This document shows positions 25,452-36,657 of a DNA stretch of 64,000 nt, in pieces. The notes beneath the pieces were generated by a model that ran no database searches, was not told the DNA's origin, and saw only the letters and a program-made list of their open reading frames with translations. The translations under genes were made by a program, and so were the position numbers. Positions within the stretch are counted from its first letter, which is position 1, and each line of letters starts with the position of its first letter. The DNA comes from Hydrolagus affinis (Eukaryota), in NCBI GenBank assembly GCA_012026655.1, contig JAAILG010001635.1, positions 1 through 64,000 on the forward strand, in the 5' to 3' direction.

Positions 25452-26324
25452 ATAATATTCTTTGAATTTGATATAGTGCCTTTTCTGTCTTATCAAGTGA
25501 AGTCATCATTTCATAAAGTTAACCCTTACATAGTTTACCAGAGGATCAGTTTAATTAGCTTTACCTCAAAGATTAAAGGCACACGCAGTGAGGAATCCAT
25601 TCAAAGGACGTCTCCACTTTGAAACAACAGATTACATTTGTATAGCGCTATTCACTTCGAGAGTACGTCCCAAAGTGCTGTAAATCTGATCACACGGGAG
25701 CATTGCCAAGGCAGTGTCAACATATCATAGCTGAATAAAGCTCCTTCTATTCTGCCCCAACACTGTATCTTAGTCCGCAACATCAGAAGAGTACATCCTA
25801 CTGTGTTTTTCCATTTCCTATCCCCGGGGCCTCTCTGAAAGCAGCTGACAATTTGTGCTAACGTTTGCAGAGTTTTATGCATGCTAAAAGTTTGGTTGAG
25901 CTTGCCAAAATTTTACATGGGAACCCAACAACCAGCAGAGGAGATCCTGCTAGTATCGGCTGGGCTATAGTCCAGCTCTCAGCAATGAAGGAGACCATTC
26001 TTGTATCAATGGTAATTCATGGTAATTTCTGTGTGTTGTTTTCTCATAACACCAATGTGAATTTGTGTTCCTTGGGTATGTGGTTTTGATGTAACCATGT
26101 TTTACGTCTCATAATGTTTGGTCTTCTAGTTTTCTAAAGACAAAAATGATTCTTGGGTATCTATTTAAATTACATTCAGTTTCCATTGACCAGCAGATTA
26201 AATGCTCATCTCAGGGGCTCAGGGGCTCCTGCAATAACTCAGTGATCATATTCATTCAGTAGCTAAGCCATTGGTAACTTATGTGGTTTTTGCTGGTTAG
26301 ATTCCACCAGTTACCCCAACTCAC

Positions 26325-26515
26325 ATTGTGGGGTCCCCCAAGCTTTGGCTCTTGCCAATCTGCACCTAATACTTTCTGGAATTAGGTAAGCAGAATGTGT
26401 TTCTCTAGGGAGTGAGAGAGAGTGCGCATTTCATTCCAACAATCTTATCTATGGGATTTCCATGTGTATGTGGGATGCATGCATTGTCAGGTTGGTTTAG
26501 ATACTCTTAAAGCAT
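26325..26515 (+). repeat. unidentified interspersed repeat; other copies at ~29970-30100 (+), ~45825-45965 (-) and 52844-53200
   Basis: Shared blocks cccaagc-ttggctcttgccaa, ctaatact-tctggaattaggtaagcag, gagagtgcgcatt-cattccaa, tttccatgtgta-gtgg. Confidence 0.7.
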
Positions 26516-26625
26516 GGTGGTGGGTTTCCACATGTGTTAGACACCTGGCTGACTTAAAAAAAAGCGCCAAGCCGTATAGATGTCCCGATCTGTGGTGAGT
26601 CTAAGCTATCCTATTAGTTTGAGTT

Positions 26626-26695
26626 TAAACGTAAGGTAGTTTCACTACCTCAGATGTGTCTAAACGTAAGGTAGTTTCACTACCTAAGATGTGTG
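26626..26695 (+). repeat. 35-bp tandem duplication
   Basis: taaacgtaaggtagtttcactacctcagatgtgtc / taaacgtaaggtagtttcactacctaagatgtgtg (33/35 identical). Confidence 0.95.
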
Positions 26696-26991
26696 GAGGC
26701 AGTACATTAGATAGATTTGGTAACTCCATTCTAGAGATTTTGCTTTCTCCCTGTCTTTAGATCTAAACTTGGCTTTGAAAATGATACTGTGGTATAAATA
26801 ATGTTTGCTTCTTCCATTTAGCTGAGCTATCTTCATCTCATTGGTCTACAGTATATTACTCACATTAAATGCCAAGGTTATAACCGACTGCAATATCTAG
26901 ACTCTATCTGTTGAAATAAATTCTACATCTTATTGGGAATGTCAGACTTTGTAAATTCTTTTCCATTGCCCCTGTTGTGTATATAGTATTA

Positions 26992-27075
26992 TAGGAACAG
27001 GAGTTGGCCATTCAGCCCCTCAATTCTGATCTGCCATTCTATTAGATTATGGCTGATCTGTACCTCAACTCCAAT
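26992..27075 (-). mobile_element. CR1 3' tail
   Basis: taggaacaggagttggccattcagcccctc...attatggctgatctgtacctcaactcca; a related copy lies at ~35350-35432. Confidence 0.75.
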
Positions 27076-28530
27076 TATATACAGTACTGTAGTTGGGAAT
27101 TGGGAAAGGAAAAAGTCTGAGTTTGCAGTTAGAATAAAGCATGATTTGCACAAGTTCTGTTAATGGTCCATCCTGTGGGTTGTGTAACAATTATGTTTTG
27201 AAGAACGATCATTTTTGTAATAAAATATTCTGTATATCATTTAAAGTAATTAAAATATCAAGAGCAGAGATTTACTGAGCACGATGTCCGCATATTACTC
27301 TGTAAAGCTACACTTCAAAAAGGATCTGGGCATTTTGATGAGCTTGTTGTTCACTTGGGTAGTGAGTACACAGTATACTTGGTCATTTGTGGGTGTATAT
27401 TTATGTACTCTAGGATGCTACCCTATATTCGGAGGCGCTACATAAATGCAAGTTGTTGTTGGATGGGGAGAGAGGTGCCACTTGCCCACGAGAAAGGAAA
27501 ATCTTTTCCAAATAAAACCCCGTATAATTTTTATTTTAAACCAAATTCTCTCTGCGATGGATAGACCAAATAGACCTTCTCCATTGTGTATTTTGCCTTG
27601 TGTTTGCTATCTGTGGAGGCAGAACCCACGTACGATCAAACTGGTGACTGGCGTTTCACTCCCCCATTAGTACAACCCTTTTTTCAGGGCAATATAATCT
27701 CCAGAGTATTTTTTTTTAAATGTGTAGCGTGAACTTCATATGTTGGGATTATACATTTAATATGACTTATGCAAATTATGAGTTATGTGAAACTTGCATA
27801 GAATGTAAACTCTTGAAAGGGACTAAGGCAGATGTTCGACTTAGGTGATTATACAATTTATACGGAGCAGACTAATGCAAGTTTACTGTATTAGGATAAC
27901 ATGGGTTTAACAAAACAAAGTACATAATTTTCCTGTTGTGCGTAATTAATAGGATTCAGATTTTGAGCAGGGGCTGACATTAGTTGATGATGTGTCCGGT
28001 CTGCAAAAGAGTGGAATAAATAGCTTTTTTTTTAAAAATAATAAACAGGCCAAACTTTACACTTAATAAAGCCTGAGTGGTGCACAAGCCGCCTTGGACA
28101 GTTGCAATAAATCTTGATAGGAGAACGTTATTAAAAACGAGGAACGCCATGAATGAACATATTGGATTTTCAACAAATGTCTTATTTACCCAGGTAATAA
28201 ACTGAAAGTACACTTTGAGGTTTTCTTTTATTACAGTGATGCTCACAATCGTCTGTGCAAACAAATCAAGTATGTGTTATAAAACGTTTGTTGGCTGGCA
28301 TGAGGATAGTATTAGTCTGTAATATAATTGCCTGGTCCATTAAAATTTATGATACTGGTTATCGTTGCTAGAAGTGATCTCTGGACTTCTGGACTGAATC
28401 CTGCAGCCTTACGTAGATTTTCCAACTTTCTGAACGCTTATCATAATCACCATGATATTACAGTCTTATAGCAATGTAGAGTTCAAAGCTTTGTAGGATT
28501 TTCTCAAAATAAATATCTTCCAACGCCATT

Positions 28531-28847
28531 GTGGAGTCCTGTAGCTCAGTGGTTAGAGCACTCGCCTTACAAGTGTGAGACTTTGTATTCGAATCAGGCA
28601 GGGCGAAACCTTGGGCAAGTTTCCTTACTCCACATGCCTAATAATAATTCCTCAAGAAAAAATAAATTGTTCATTTCAACCCATGACTGTTTGTGGGATG
28701 CTACTGTGCACAATTGAATGCCGCGTTTAGCCCATAAATATACAATCAATTCACTTTACACTGTATTCTGTGCAGCGCTTTGAGCGCGTCTTAGCGCATC
28801 TAGAAGATGTGAAAAGCGCTATATCAAATGCAAGGGTTATTATTATC
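28531..28847 (+). mobile_element. tRNA-derived SINE, full length
   Basis: gtggagtcctgtagctcagtggttagagcactcgccttacaag...ttgggcaagtttccttactcc...tgtgggatgctactgtgcacaattg...gcgctatatcaaatgcaagggttattatta. Confidence 0.9.
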
Positions 28848-30484
28848 AACTAATTTCAGTCAATGCCTTCCTGCTTGTTAAGATAATCATTCAGGACAAG
28901 TCTCCTATAAACGTTTAGTTTTAAGTGCAAGTCTTTGACATCTACATTATCCTACAGTGATCCTAATGACCCGTCTTAGTGGCTAATATAGGTGATTTAA
29001 CTATCAGACCTGTGTTGAAATATTCAGTGAACTATCATTGAGGAGGTTCGTTCTATATTCTGATACCACCAGACATCCGGACAGAAACTTTGGTTCTGTT
29101 TATAGAAAAGTGAACTTTTCTACTAATTCAGCCAAGGCTAAAAACTCCATAATGGTTCCCTACTCAATTCCCAAACCAATGATCTGGACTTGAACATCTA
29201 TGTATGTACTTGTCAAGTGAGGATAGTTCAGCTGAGTTGTCCTCCACGATCAATAACACTTACATGAAGCATAATGTGAGGGGAGTGCTTAAGCAATAAT
29301 GTACCTTTTGTGTGTCAACTTGGCTTGATTTCCAGCACTCCCACCTCTGGGTGAGAGATTTGAGCATAGAAGCCTGACATTGGTGCTTTGATCTCCTGTG
29401 GGAAGCTAACACCATTTAGAGCAGGGCGGAGGAAGGTCTCCATTGGTGGACTTGCAAGGCTTCAGACACAAGGAAATGTCCCATTTGCCTATTGGACAAT
29501 GGGAAGTTTCTTCTGGTCTCCTAGCCAACAGTGCTAAAAGTGGGTGCGTCACTTGCCTACAGAAACCATCGCTATACTTGACTAATCACTACAGGTGTCT
29601 TGACATGTTTTGATTGATAAAGTGCCACAAAAATGCAAGTTCGTTTAGTTTACGCAATCATTCTATGTTTGCATTGTTATCAACTAGCCACTCTTCCTCC
29701 ATTTGGGGAGAGGATGTGGGAGATGTTAGTGGGATGATATCCCTTGAGCTGAGCTGTCTCCAAAGTGATGTGCTTGGCAACAGACAAGCTGCTAACAGAT
29801 AGGCTAGTTGGTTGGACTTGGGAGTGGCCGATGGGTTATTCAATAGAGTAGGGATTCTTCCAACTGGGCTTATGTTAACACCTGCAAATCTAGCTGTACA
29901 AGTGGTGGGAAGCTATTAGACAGGGATCTCACAATATGAGATTTGGTGACCCCAGTGTCCACACTCTGGAGTGCCCAAGCCTCTGGGACCTTCCTTACCT
30001 GTGCTTAATACTCTCTTCAATTAGGTAAGTAATTGTGGTGCTTCTCTCTGGGAGGGCAGCGAGTTGGAAAGGAAATTTCCATGTGTAGGTGATTGTACAT
30101 ACTCTGTTATGCACGATGATGGATTTCTGCATCTGTCAAACGCCTTCCTGTCCAACTACTCCCCAGCACATGAAATGGTTAATAATAACTTTGCCTACGT
30201 TCCCTTTAAGCCCTCCAATGGTGGCTAGCCTCAAGTAACAGTAATTGAAAATCTTGCTGGCTGTCACCTCCGAGCTGATACAAGTTCGCAGAAAATGTGG
30301 AGAGAGTTGAGTTTACATTTGATAACACTTCAGCCCAAGGACTTTCATGCTTCGCTGTTTTAATTCAAATGCATCTTAAAATCAGGAGGCCTGCTTTCGT
30401 ATATGGTGTGACTCTTTATGTGTGAGTTAAATCGTCAAAATAATAAATGCCAGCAATACCGGAAGTCTTTGATAAAGTGCTTAA

Positions 30485-30690
30485 ACAACTAAATTATATT
30501 TGTAGAGTGCCTTTCATGTCGGGAGGACATCCCCAGGCGCTAAACAATCTGGGGTCAGGACCCAAGCATGGGGCAGTGGTGGGTTAGTGGCAGGATTGGG
30601 ATGAGGTAGAGCAGAGAGGTAGGGAGGCACGGTCAAAAAGGAGGGTCTTGAGTCGGGCCTTGAAGGAGACAAGGGAGTGAGCAAGGCGAA
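30485..30690 (-). mobile_element. L2 3' tail
   Basis: atttgtagagtgcctttcatgtcgggaggacatccccaggcgct...ggtcaaaaaggagggtcttgagtcgggccttgaagga. Confidence 0.8.
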
Positions 30691-30705
30691 GGGATTATTA
30701 CACTC

Positions 30706-30870
30706 GAAAGTAATCCGCCAATCGACTAACAACCGGGATCCTAATTACTGTTAGGTAAACAGAGGCGTATGGAGTAAGGAAACTTGCCCAACATTTCACC
30801 CTGTCCAGGACTCGAACACTGGCCCTCTCACTTGCGAAGTGACTGCTCTAACCACTAAGCTACAGGATTT
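30706..30870 (-). mobile_element. SINE 5' half
   Basis: aggtaaacagaggcgtatggagtaaggaaacttgcccaa...gactcgaac...ctctaaccactaagctacagga. Confidence 0.85.
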
Positions 30871-30980
30871 CTAAGATAGGGCTTATATTCAACACAATTT
30901 ATCACCATTATCCGCAGAGCCAGAGAATATAGACTGGGTGGTGGTGGTTGGATACTGTTAGCTCGTATTTGTTGTCAAGT

Positions 30981-31184
30981 AAAAACAGAAGTCGCTGACT
31001 CAGCATCTATGAAGAGAGGAAAGTGGGTTAATATTGCAGGTCGATGACCTTTTGTCAGCACTGGGGATATTGGAAAGGAGCAGTTTATAACGGCTCAACC
31101 CGAAACCCACTTTCTCCAAAGATGCTGCCTGACCTGCTGAGTGTTCCCAGCGACTTCTGTTGTTATTTCAGATTTTCAGTATCT
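30981..31184. mobile_element. degenerate inverted pair of Penelope-derived pseudo-LTR fragments
   Basis: aaaaacagaagtcgctg...cagcatctatg at the left and gatgctgcctgacctgctgagtgttcccagcgacttctg at the right. Possible TSD tttgttgtcaagt / tttgttgtgagt. Confidence 0.65.
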
Positions 31185-31954
31185 TTTGTTGTGAGTTTGT
31201 TTTTGTGAGGCTGCTAGTCGGAATCAGTTTGGTCGCTATGTGATTCTGCGATCCGCTCCTTGAGGAGAGTGTTGTGTAATTTATAACTCATCTGTTCCCT
31301 GTTACTCTTGGAGGGTTTCTGTTGAATCAAATTAGCTCCAGGTTTTTGGAATCTAAACTTGCTTCAATTTGGAAATATTTCAGAATATTGTCATTTTAGT
31401 CTTTTAGGGACAGCATCCACATTGGAAAGTTGTTCATCTAGATTTCCACAAAGTTTTATAAACTTGTCATTTTTAACATTAAATTCACGAAGATGGAATT
31501 AAAACGTACTTGGTTTTCGTGAAAGTCCTTTCAATTTCAAAATGTCCTTCTGCCTTGGTGTATCAGAAACTAGAATTGCATGATATTAATTATCCAGAGA
31601 ATTATCGTTCATATTTTTTGGCTGTAGCATACCAAATATGGAATATTTTTCAGCACATTGGTAAATATGTTCCTCATGTAGTGAGCTTTGCATCTTTTGC
31701 ATATTCCCATTGAATTCTGTTTACATTCCCATCAGGAGCAGTTCAATTTAAAATATTCAAACTATTTTATTCCAAACTGAACCTAAGTGTGCATCTGAAC
31801 TTTCCTAATTGCTTTGACATTACTTTTTAAAAAAAAATAGTTTTTGACAGTAAAAATTCAAATATCTGCAACCACTTTGTAAGCAAATTGCTATCAAGTG
31901 TCATGACTGCTTTTGTTGGCACTTACAGCAGTCAGGATGCGCACAACAAGATTC

Positions 31955-32125
31955 TAATAATAATATAATCCTTGTGTTTTATTTAGCGCCCTTATCATTT
32001 TGTTGAGACATTTGAAAGCGCTTCACAGAATATAATATACAGAGAATTCACTGCATATTTTGTGGGTGAGATGCGCCAACCAAGTGTCCCGCAAACAGTC
32101 GTGGATTGAACAACTAAATTATTAT
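31955..32125 (-). mobile_element. SINE 3' half
   Basis: atccttgtgtttatttagcgccc...gcgcttcacagaata...gtgtcccgcaaacagtcgtggattg. Confidence 0.75.
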
Positions 32126-32811
32126 TAAAAACCTTAATAATCATCATTTCAATCCACAACTTTTCCTTGTTCTTAGAGCTGTTGCTGCGTTTTTTTTCTT
32201 TGCCTTTTAAATGCTCCAGGAGGTGTGACTCAATGAATGCTATTAGTGTTTTTACCTATCCTAGTCTTATGGACTGGTTCAAAAATTCCAAATCTATGAA
32301 AAGGTGTCAGTCAATGAAACTTTGTGTTGGCCTATATATTAGGATGTGTATCGCTTGTGTGGTTGTCTTAAATCTAATGCCGATGTGTCGCTGATCAGAC
32401 AGTATGCGAATCTTGGTGATCAATTGCGAGACAACTCTAATCGATGAACGTAAGTGTAGCGGTGAGAGATGTCTTAGCCGCTGTGTAAAAGTTTGATACA
32501 GTATTTAACCTGCATGAATAAACCAAAGGGTGAATGTGTTGAAACATAATAAAAATAAATGGGAATTGGATAGCTATTTAAAGAAGAAATAGATTGAGTT
32601 ATGAGAGAGAGAGTGAGTAGTGCATGAATGTTTATTATTCTTCGTCTGGGACCAGTGCGATAGTTTTTTCTGGTTCTGTTTTCCATGATTCCATCTTACT
32701 AAAAATAACCTTTTGTTTGTTTGAAAAGTCACTTAGGATTTTTTTTAAAAAAAACTTGTTCCATAATGCAGACCTTTTTGAAACTGAAGTTAGTAAAACA
32801 ACATAGTTTAT

Positions 32812-32903
32812 ATAGAACAAAAACAGAAGTCACTGGAACACTCAGCAGGTCAGGAGAGAGGAACATAGGTTAACGTTTCAGTTCCATGACCTTTCATCAG
32901 AAC
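32812..32903 (-). mobile_element. short Penelope-derived insertion with hammerhead core
   Basis: Minus strand: gttCTGATGAaaggtcatggaactGAAACGTTaacct...cctgacctgctgagtgttccagtgacttctgtttttgttc. TSD agtttat at 32805-11 and 32904-10. Confidence 0.75.
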
Positions 32904-33618
32904 AGTTTATGAGTACTACTCATTGGATTCTCAGGAGTACTATGGCCTTGTTGATGAATTGCAATCATTTGACCATTCAAGCATTGATTTTTCAGACGCC
33001 TTATCGATGTGATAAGGTACAATATCAAATGCTAGTATTATTTTGCTTTTTATTTATTCCATTGCACTTTTTTTCTGAAGACTGACTAATTTTAAAGTCT
33101 ATTTGTTGCCTTGCTATGCTGGTACGGTCTGAAGCCTAACCTAGGCAATGTAGGAGAGGTGTGCGATGGATTTAGGACCAGATATACTGTAGATTGCACT
33201 CTGTTGAGCTTGATTCAGATTGATCATGTGAAATTGCAATGTACTAGGAGAGTTCCACGCTAACGCTCTGACTAAAGGTCAAATGGAGATGTAGGTGATT
33301 TTTCTCCTCTGTGTTGCTGATTTATGGATATTTAAGCTGTATCTATGTGTAATGTGATGTCCACAGTCATACAGAGTGAAAGTGATTTCTCATTCATTTG
33401 AAGCATTGTCTAAATTGTGATGCATGTCCTAAACTGTATTAAGAGTTAATTAATATGAATCTTTCAGATCATTCAATACTGGTGACAGTATTCACCACTC
33501 TGAACAACATTAGAGTGGGCACTTTATGTAGAACTGTGTTTACTGTGGATTTGTAACTTAAGCCTTCAGATGAATTCCATCTACTTGAAATATTCATTGG
33601 TAAGTCATGATACCAGCG

Positions 33619-33780
33619 AACAACAACTTGGATTTGTATAGTGCCCTCCACGCCAGACGGCATCTCAGTGCTTCACAAAGTGGAGCCTGGGGCCAAGCCA
33701 GGGGGAGGGGGAAAAGGTGGCCAAAGGTTTGGTCGAACAGAAAAGTCTTCAGGCGCGAACTGAAATGGGAAAGAAGGGGC
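33619..33780 (-). mobile_element. L2 3' tail
   Basis: aacaacaacttggatttgtatagtgccctccacgccagacggcatctcag...ggtcgaacagaaaagtcttcagg. Confidence 0.8.
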
Positions 33781-34491
33781 GTTTTAAACTGAAGGCTTAA
33801 TACAAGATACTCACATTTTATTTACTGAATATTATTCACTGAAAGGTAGTGAATAGAATAAGTCTGTTTCTGCTGCGTTAAGTGTTTACAAATTCACTAG
33901 GATTTCAATGAGACTTTACTGTGTGTGTGTGTAAATCAGAAACAACCCAAGTAAAAAAGTTGGCAATAGTTATAATAACTACAATAAGTATATTTATCAT
34001 GTAAAATGTTTTATTTGGTGAGAAATACTCTTCCCACCGTCAGGATGTCGTATTTTGTCAGGTTACCAAGGAAGTCTGCGGTATTATCTATTATCTTTGT
34101 GGTTGGGTTATCAGAAAATTAGTGAGTTAAGAGCCTTCTTTAGCTGCCCAATGAGATACCTTATTAATACATCAAGCGTCAAAAGTCAACCATATGTAAT
34201 ATCAATTGAAGCATAATTTCACACGTACACTTCTCAGTGGGAGTCTAAAACTCCAGGATTGCTAGACCATCTTATGTTTGCAGACTCGTACTTTCCGCTA
34301 TGGTTGGGGTAAATTTTTCTCTTCTTCGGTTGAAGTAGCCAGTTTCGAGATATTTGGTGGGGGAAATGTGTGTGGCTAATTCTTTTCACAATGGCATCTA
34401 CTGAGGTTCTGAATCATACACTGGTCACTGAGTTTATTTTGATGTTACCCGGCACTGAAATGTAATCTGTACTTTGGTCCTTTGCTTGTTG

Positions 34492-34492
<1 letters not shown>

Positions 34493-34544
<52 letters not shown>
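34493..34544. repeat. (TG)26 microsatellite
   Basis: Perfect dinucleotide run. Confidence 0.98.
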
Positions 34545-34545
<1 letters not shown>

Positions 34546-35022
34546 CCTTTGTGTGGAATAGAGACACGACACTTTGGTAGCATTTATATTCCCTATCCTT
34601 TCTTTAGTAGTTTATAGAAGGAATCTGTCCCGTGTGAGTGCTATAGAAAGAGTCAAATCTTTGTTAAACTCTCAGCCTCTCGCTTGTTGCTATAGTATTT
34701 GAATTGATTGATGTGGCAAAACTTATCAGAGACTCGTAGCTTACGGAAGTTAACCCATTTGGTGTTAACTCATTTACATGTTGTAGATGAAGCAGTATGA
34801 AACCCCTTTTCAAGGTATGTTTACTGTTCTGCCAGCAATGCTGTACATTGTTTGGCAGCATGATGCGGATCTGTACTTTTTGATTGTTGTTTCAAGCTGA
34901 TTTTTTTTACCCTTTTATTACTGAGCAACACACACCATTACCCAGTGGTAATAATGGCAAGATAGTCTTTTCCCTGGTCTCAGTCAATGATAGTGGCTAC
35001 TGGGACTGCCACATCTGATTTT

Positions 35023-35043
35023 CACACACACACACACACACAC
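35023..35043. repeat. (CA)n microsatellite
   Basis: Dinucleotide run. Confidence 0.9.
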
Positions 35044-35838
35044 TTTATCTGCAATATATTAAATTGCTGATGTACATAGAGCGTTGTATTGAACCTGTCA
35101 TTATCATTGGAATCTTTATTGGGGGTGACAAAAACGCATTCTGCTGATTGGCAGGAACTTTGCACCAGCACAGTCTCATTCTATGAGCAGACTTCCTGCA
35201 GGAGACCGGGTCCGTGGTAGCCAGTCCAGTAATTCCATGGGTCAGAGTAGCGAGAGTGATAGATTCCTGATCACTGGAAAGAATTCTTGGAGTTAAGAAA
35301 TCCCATTAGAAATAGTCACATAGTTTAGACTCAAACGTTCCAGTATTGCATAGAAACAGGAGGAGGCCATTCAACCCCTCTAGCCTGTCCTGCCATTACA
35401 TAAGATCAATGGCTGATTTGTATCTCAAGTCCAATTAACAATAATGTTCAAAGGTTTCTTACAACAAACTTGACCTATTCAATTGATCCACAGGAATTTT
35501 ACATCAGTCTTGGCATTTCACTCTTTGTTACAGGACCTTCTTATGCTGATAATAGAACAAGTGGTTCTGAAGCCTTTATGTGTTTTTTTTTCTACTTGTT
35601 GGGCTTTGAAGATCGGAGAACGGTCCTTTTTATCATTTTCTTTGGATGTGTCATTCATTCAATTCTTGTACAATCATTCCTTTAAGAGTTCAATATAATG
35701 AGAGACTCACTTGAGGGCCCAATTTATGATCTATGACAGATAAATGGCAATATAGATTTACATCAAACGCAAGGTCATTTTTCTTGATGAATACAGTGCA
35801 GATATCTCACGATCTTATTTTTTTTCTATCCGCTTTAG

Positions 35839-35956
35839 GTCCCGGAAGACTGGCCATCTTTTGAAACCTCTATTATTGGTGGAGTAGAGATTACATTGCG
35901 GTGAGCCTTTTAAAGGGCAAAACAATAGCAAAGGAGCCTGACCGTGACTCGCAGTC
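35839..35956 (+). other. mib2: 5' UTR portion of the mib2 start-codon exon
   Basis: Polypyrimidine tract plus acceptor (tttttttttctatccgctttag|GTCCCG) at 35838/35839. The main frame is closed by TAG (35885) and TGA (35945) before the ATG at 35957. Confidence 0.75.
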
Positions 35957-36179
35957 ATGGAGATGGGGATGCGTGTTGTGCGTGGTGTGGACTGGAAGTG
36001 GAACAATCAGGACGATGGAGAAGGGCATGTTGGTACAGTGGTGGAAATTGGCCGTCAAGGGAGCCTCACAACGCCAGATAAAACTGTCGTGGTGCAGTGG
36101 GACGGTGGCACCAGAACAAATTACCGGACTGGCTACCAAGGAGCTCATGACCTTCTTCTCTATGACAATGCACAGATTG
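35957..36179 (+). CDS. mib2: mind bomb 2 E3 ubiquitin ligase, first coding exon (MIB/HERC2 domain 1)
   Basis: Translates MEMGMRVVRGVDWKWNNQDDGEGHVGTVVEIGRQGSLTTPDKTVVVQWDGGTRTNYRTGYQGAHDLLLYDNAQI-G, recognisable as the vertebrate MIB2 N-terminus (GMRVVRGVDWKW...TRTNYRxGYQGAHDLLLYDNAQIG). ATG is in good Kozak context (gtcATGG) with an in-frame TGA at 35945 upstream. Ends ATT G|gtaagt (phase-1 donor at 36180). Confidence 0.96.
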
Positions 36180-36320
36180 GTAAGTTCTACACAGTTCTTT
36201 ACATGAAAAGTGTGGCTTGACCTGTCCGCAGCCATCTGTCCTCCCATTTCTTTTCCCACCCCCTCGCCAACACACATTCACCCTTTGTGTGCTAGATCCA
36301 AGTCTGTTGAAGTGTGTATT

Positions 36321-36657
36321 TAATAATAATAATCCTTGCATTTGATATAGCGCTTTATTACACCTTGAAGACGTCCCAAACTGCTTCACAGAATATACTG
36401 TAAAGTGAATTGACTGTATACTTTGCGGGTGAAAAGTGGCAACCAATTGTGCACAGACAAAGTGTCCCACAATCAATCGCAAGAGTGACCACATTTTTTT
36501 TTCAAGGTACGGTATTATTACTGACGGAAAAGCAATCCGACAATCGACTAATAACAGGGTTCCTACTTACTGCTAGGTAAACAGAGGTGCGTGGAGTAGC
36601 AAAGCTTGCCCACTTGCTTGCGAGGCAATTGCTCTAACCACTGAGGTACATGCTCCA
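36321..36657 (-). mobile_element. tRNA-derived SINE, near full length, 140 nt downstream of the first coding exon
   Basis: taataataataatccttgcatttgatatagcgc...ggttcctacttactgctaggtaaacagagg...gctctaaccactgaggtaca. Confidence 0.9.

Noticed and set aside
26626-26695. CRISPR-like repeat (35-bp units with hairpin)
   Set aside because: Only two adjacent units, no spacer, vertebrate context.
35901-36206. 101-aa overlapping ORF (and antisense ORFs 35891-36277, 36066-36494)
   Set aside because: Non-ATG or shadow frames of the mib2 exon that run through the splice donor; no recognisable protein.
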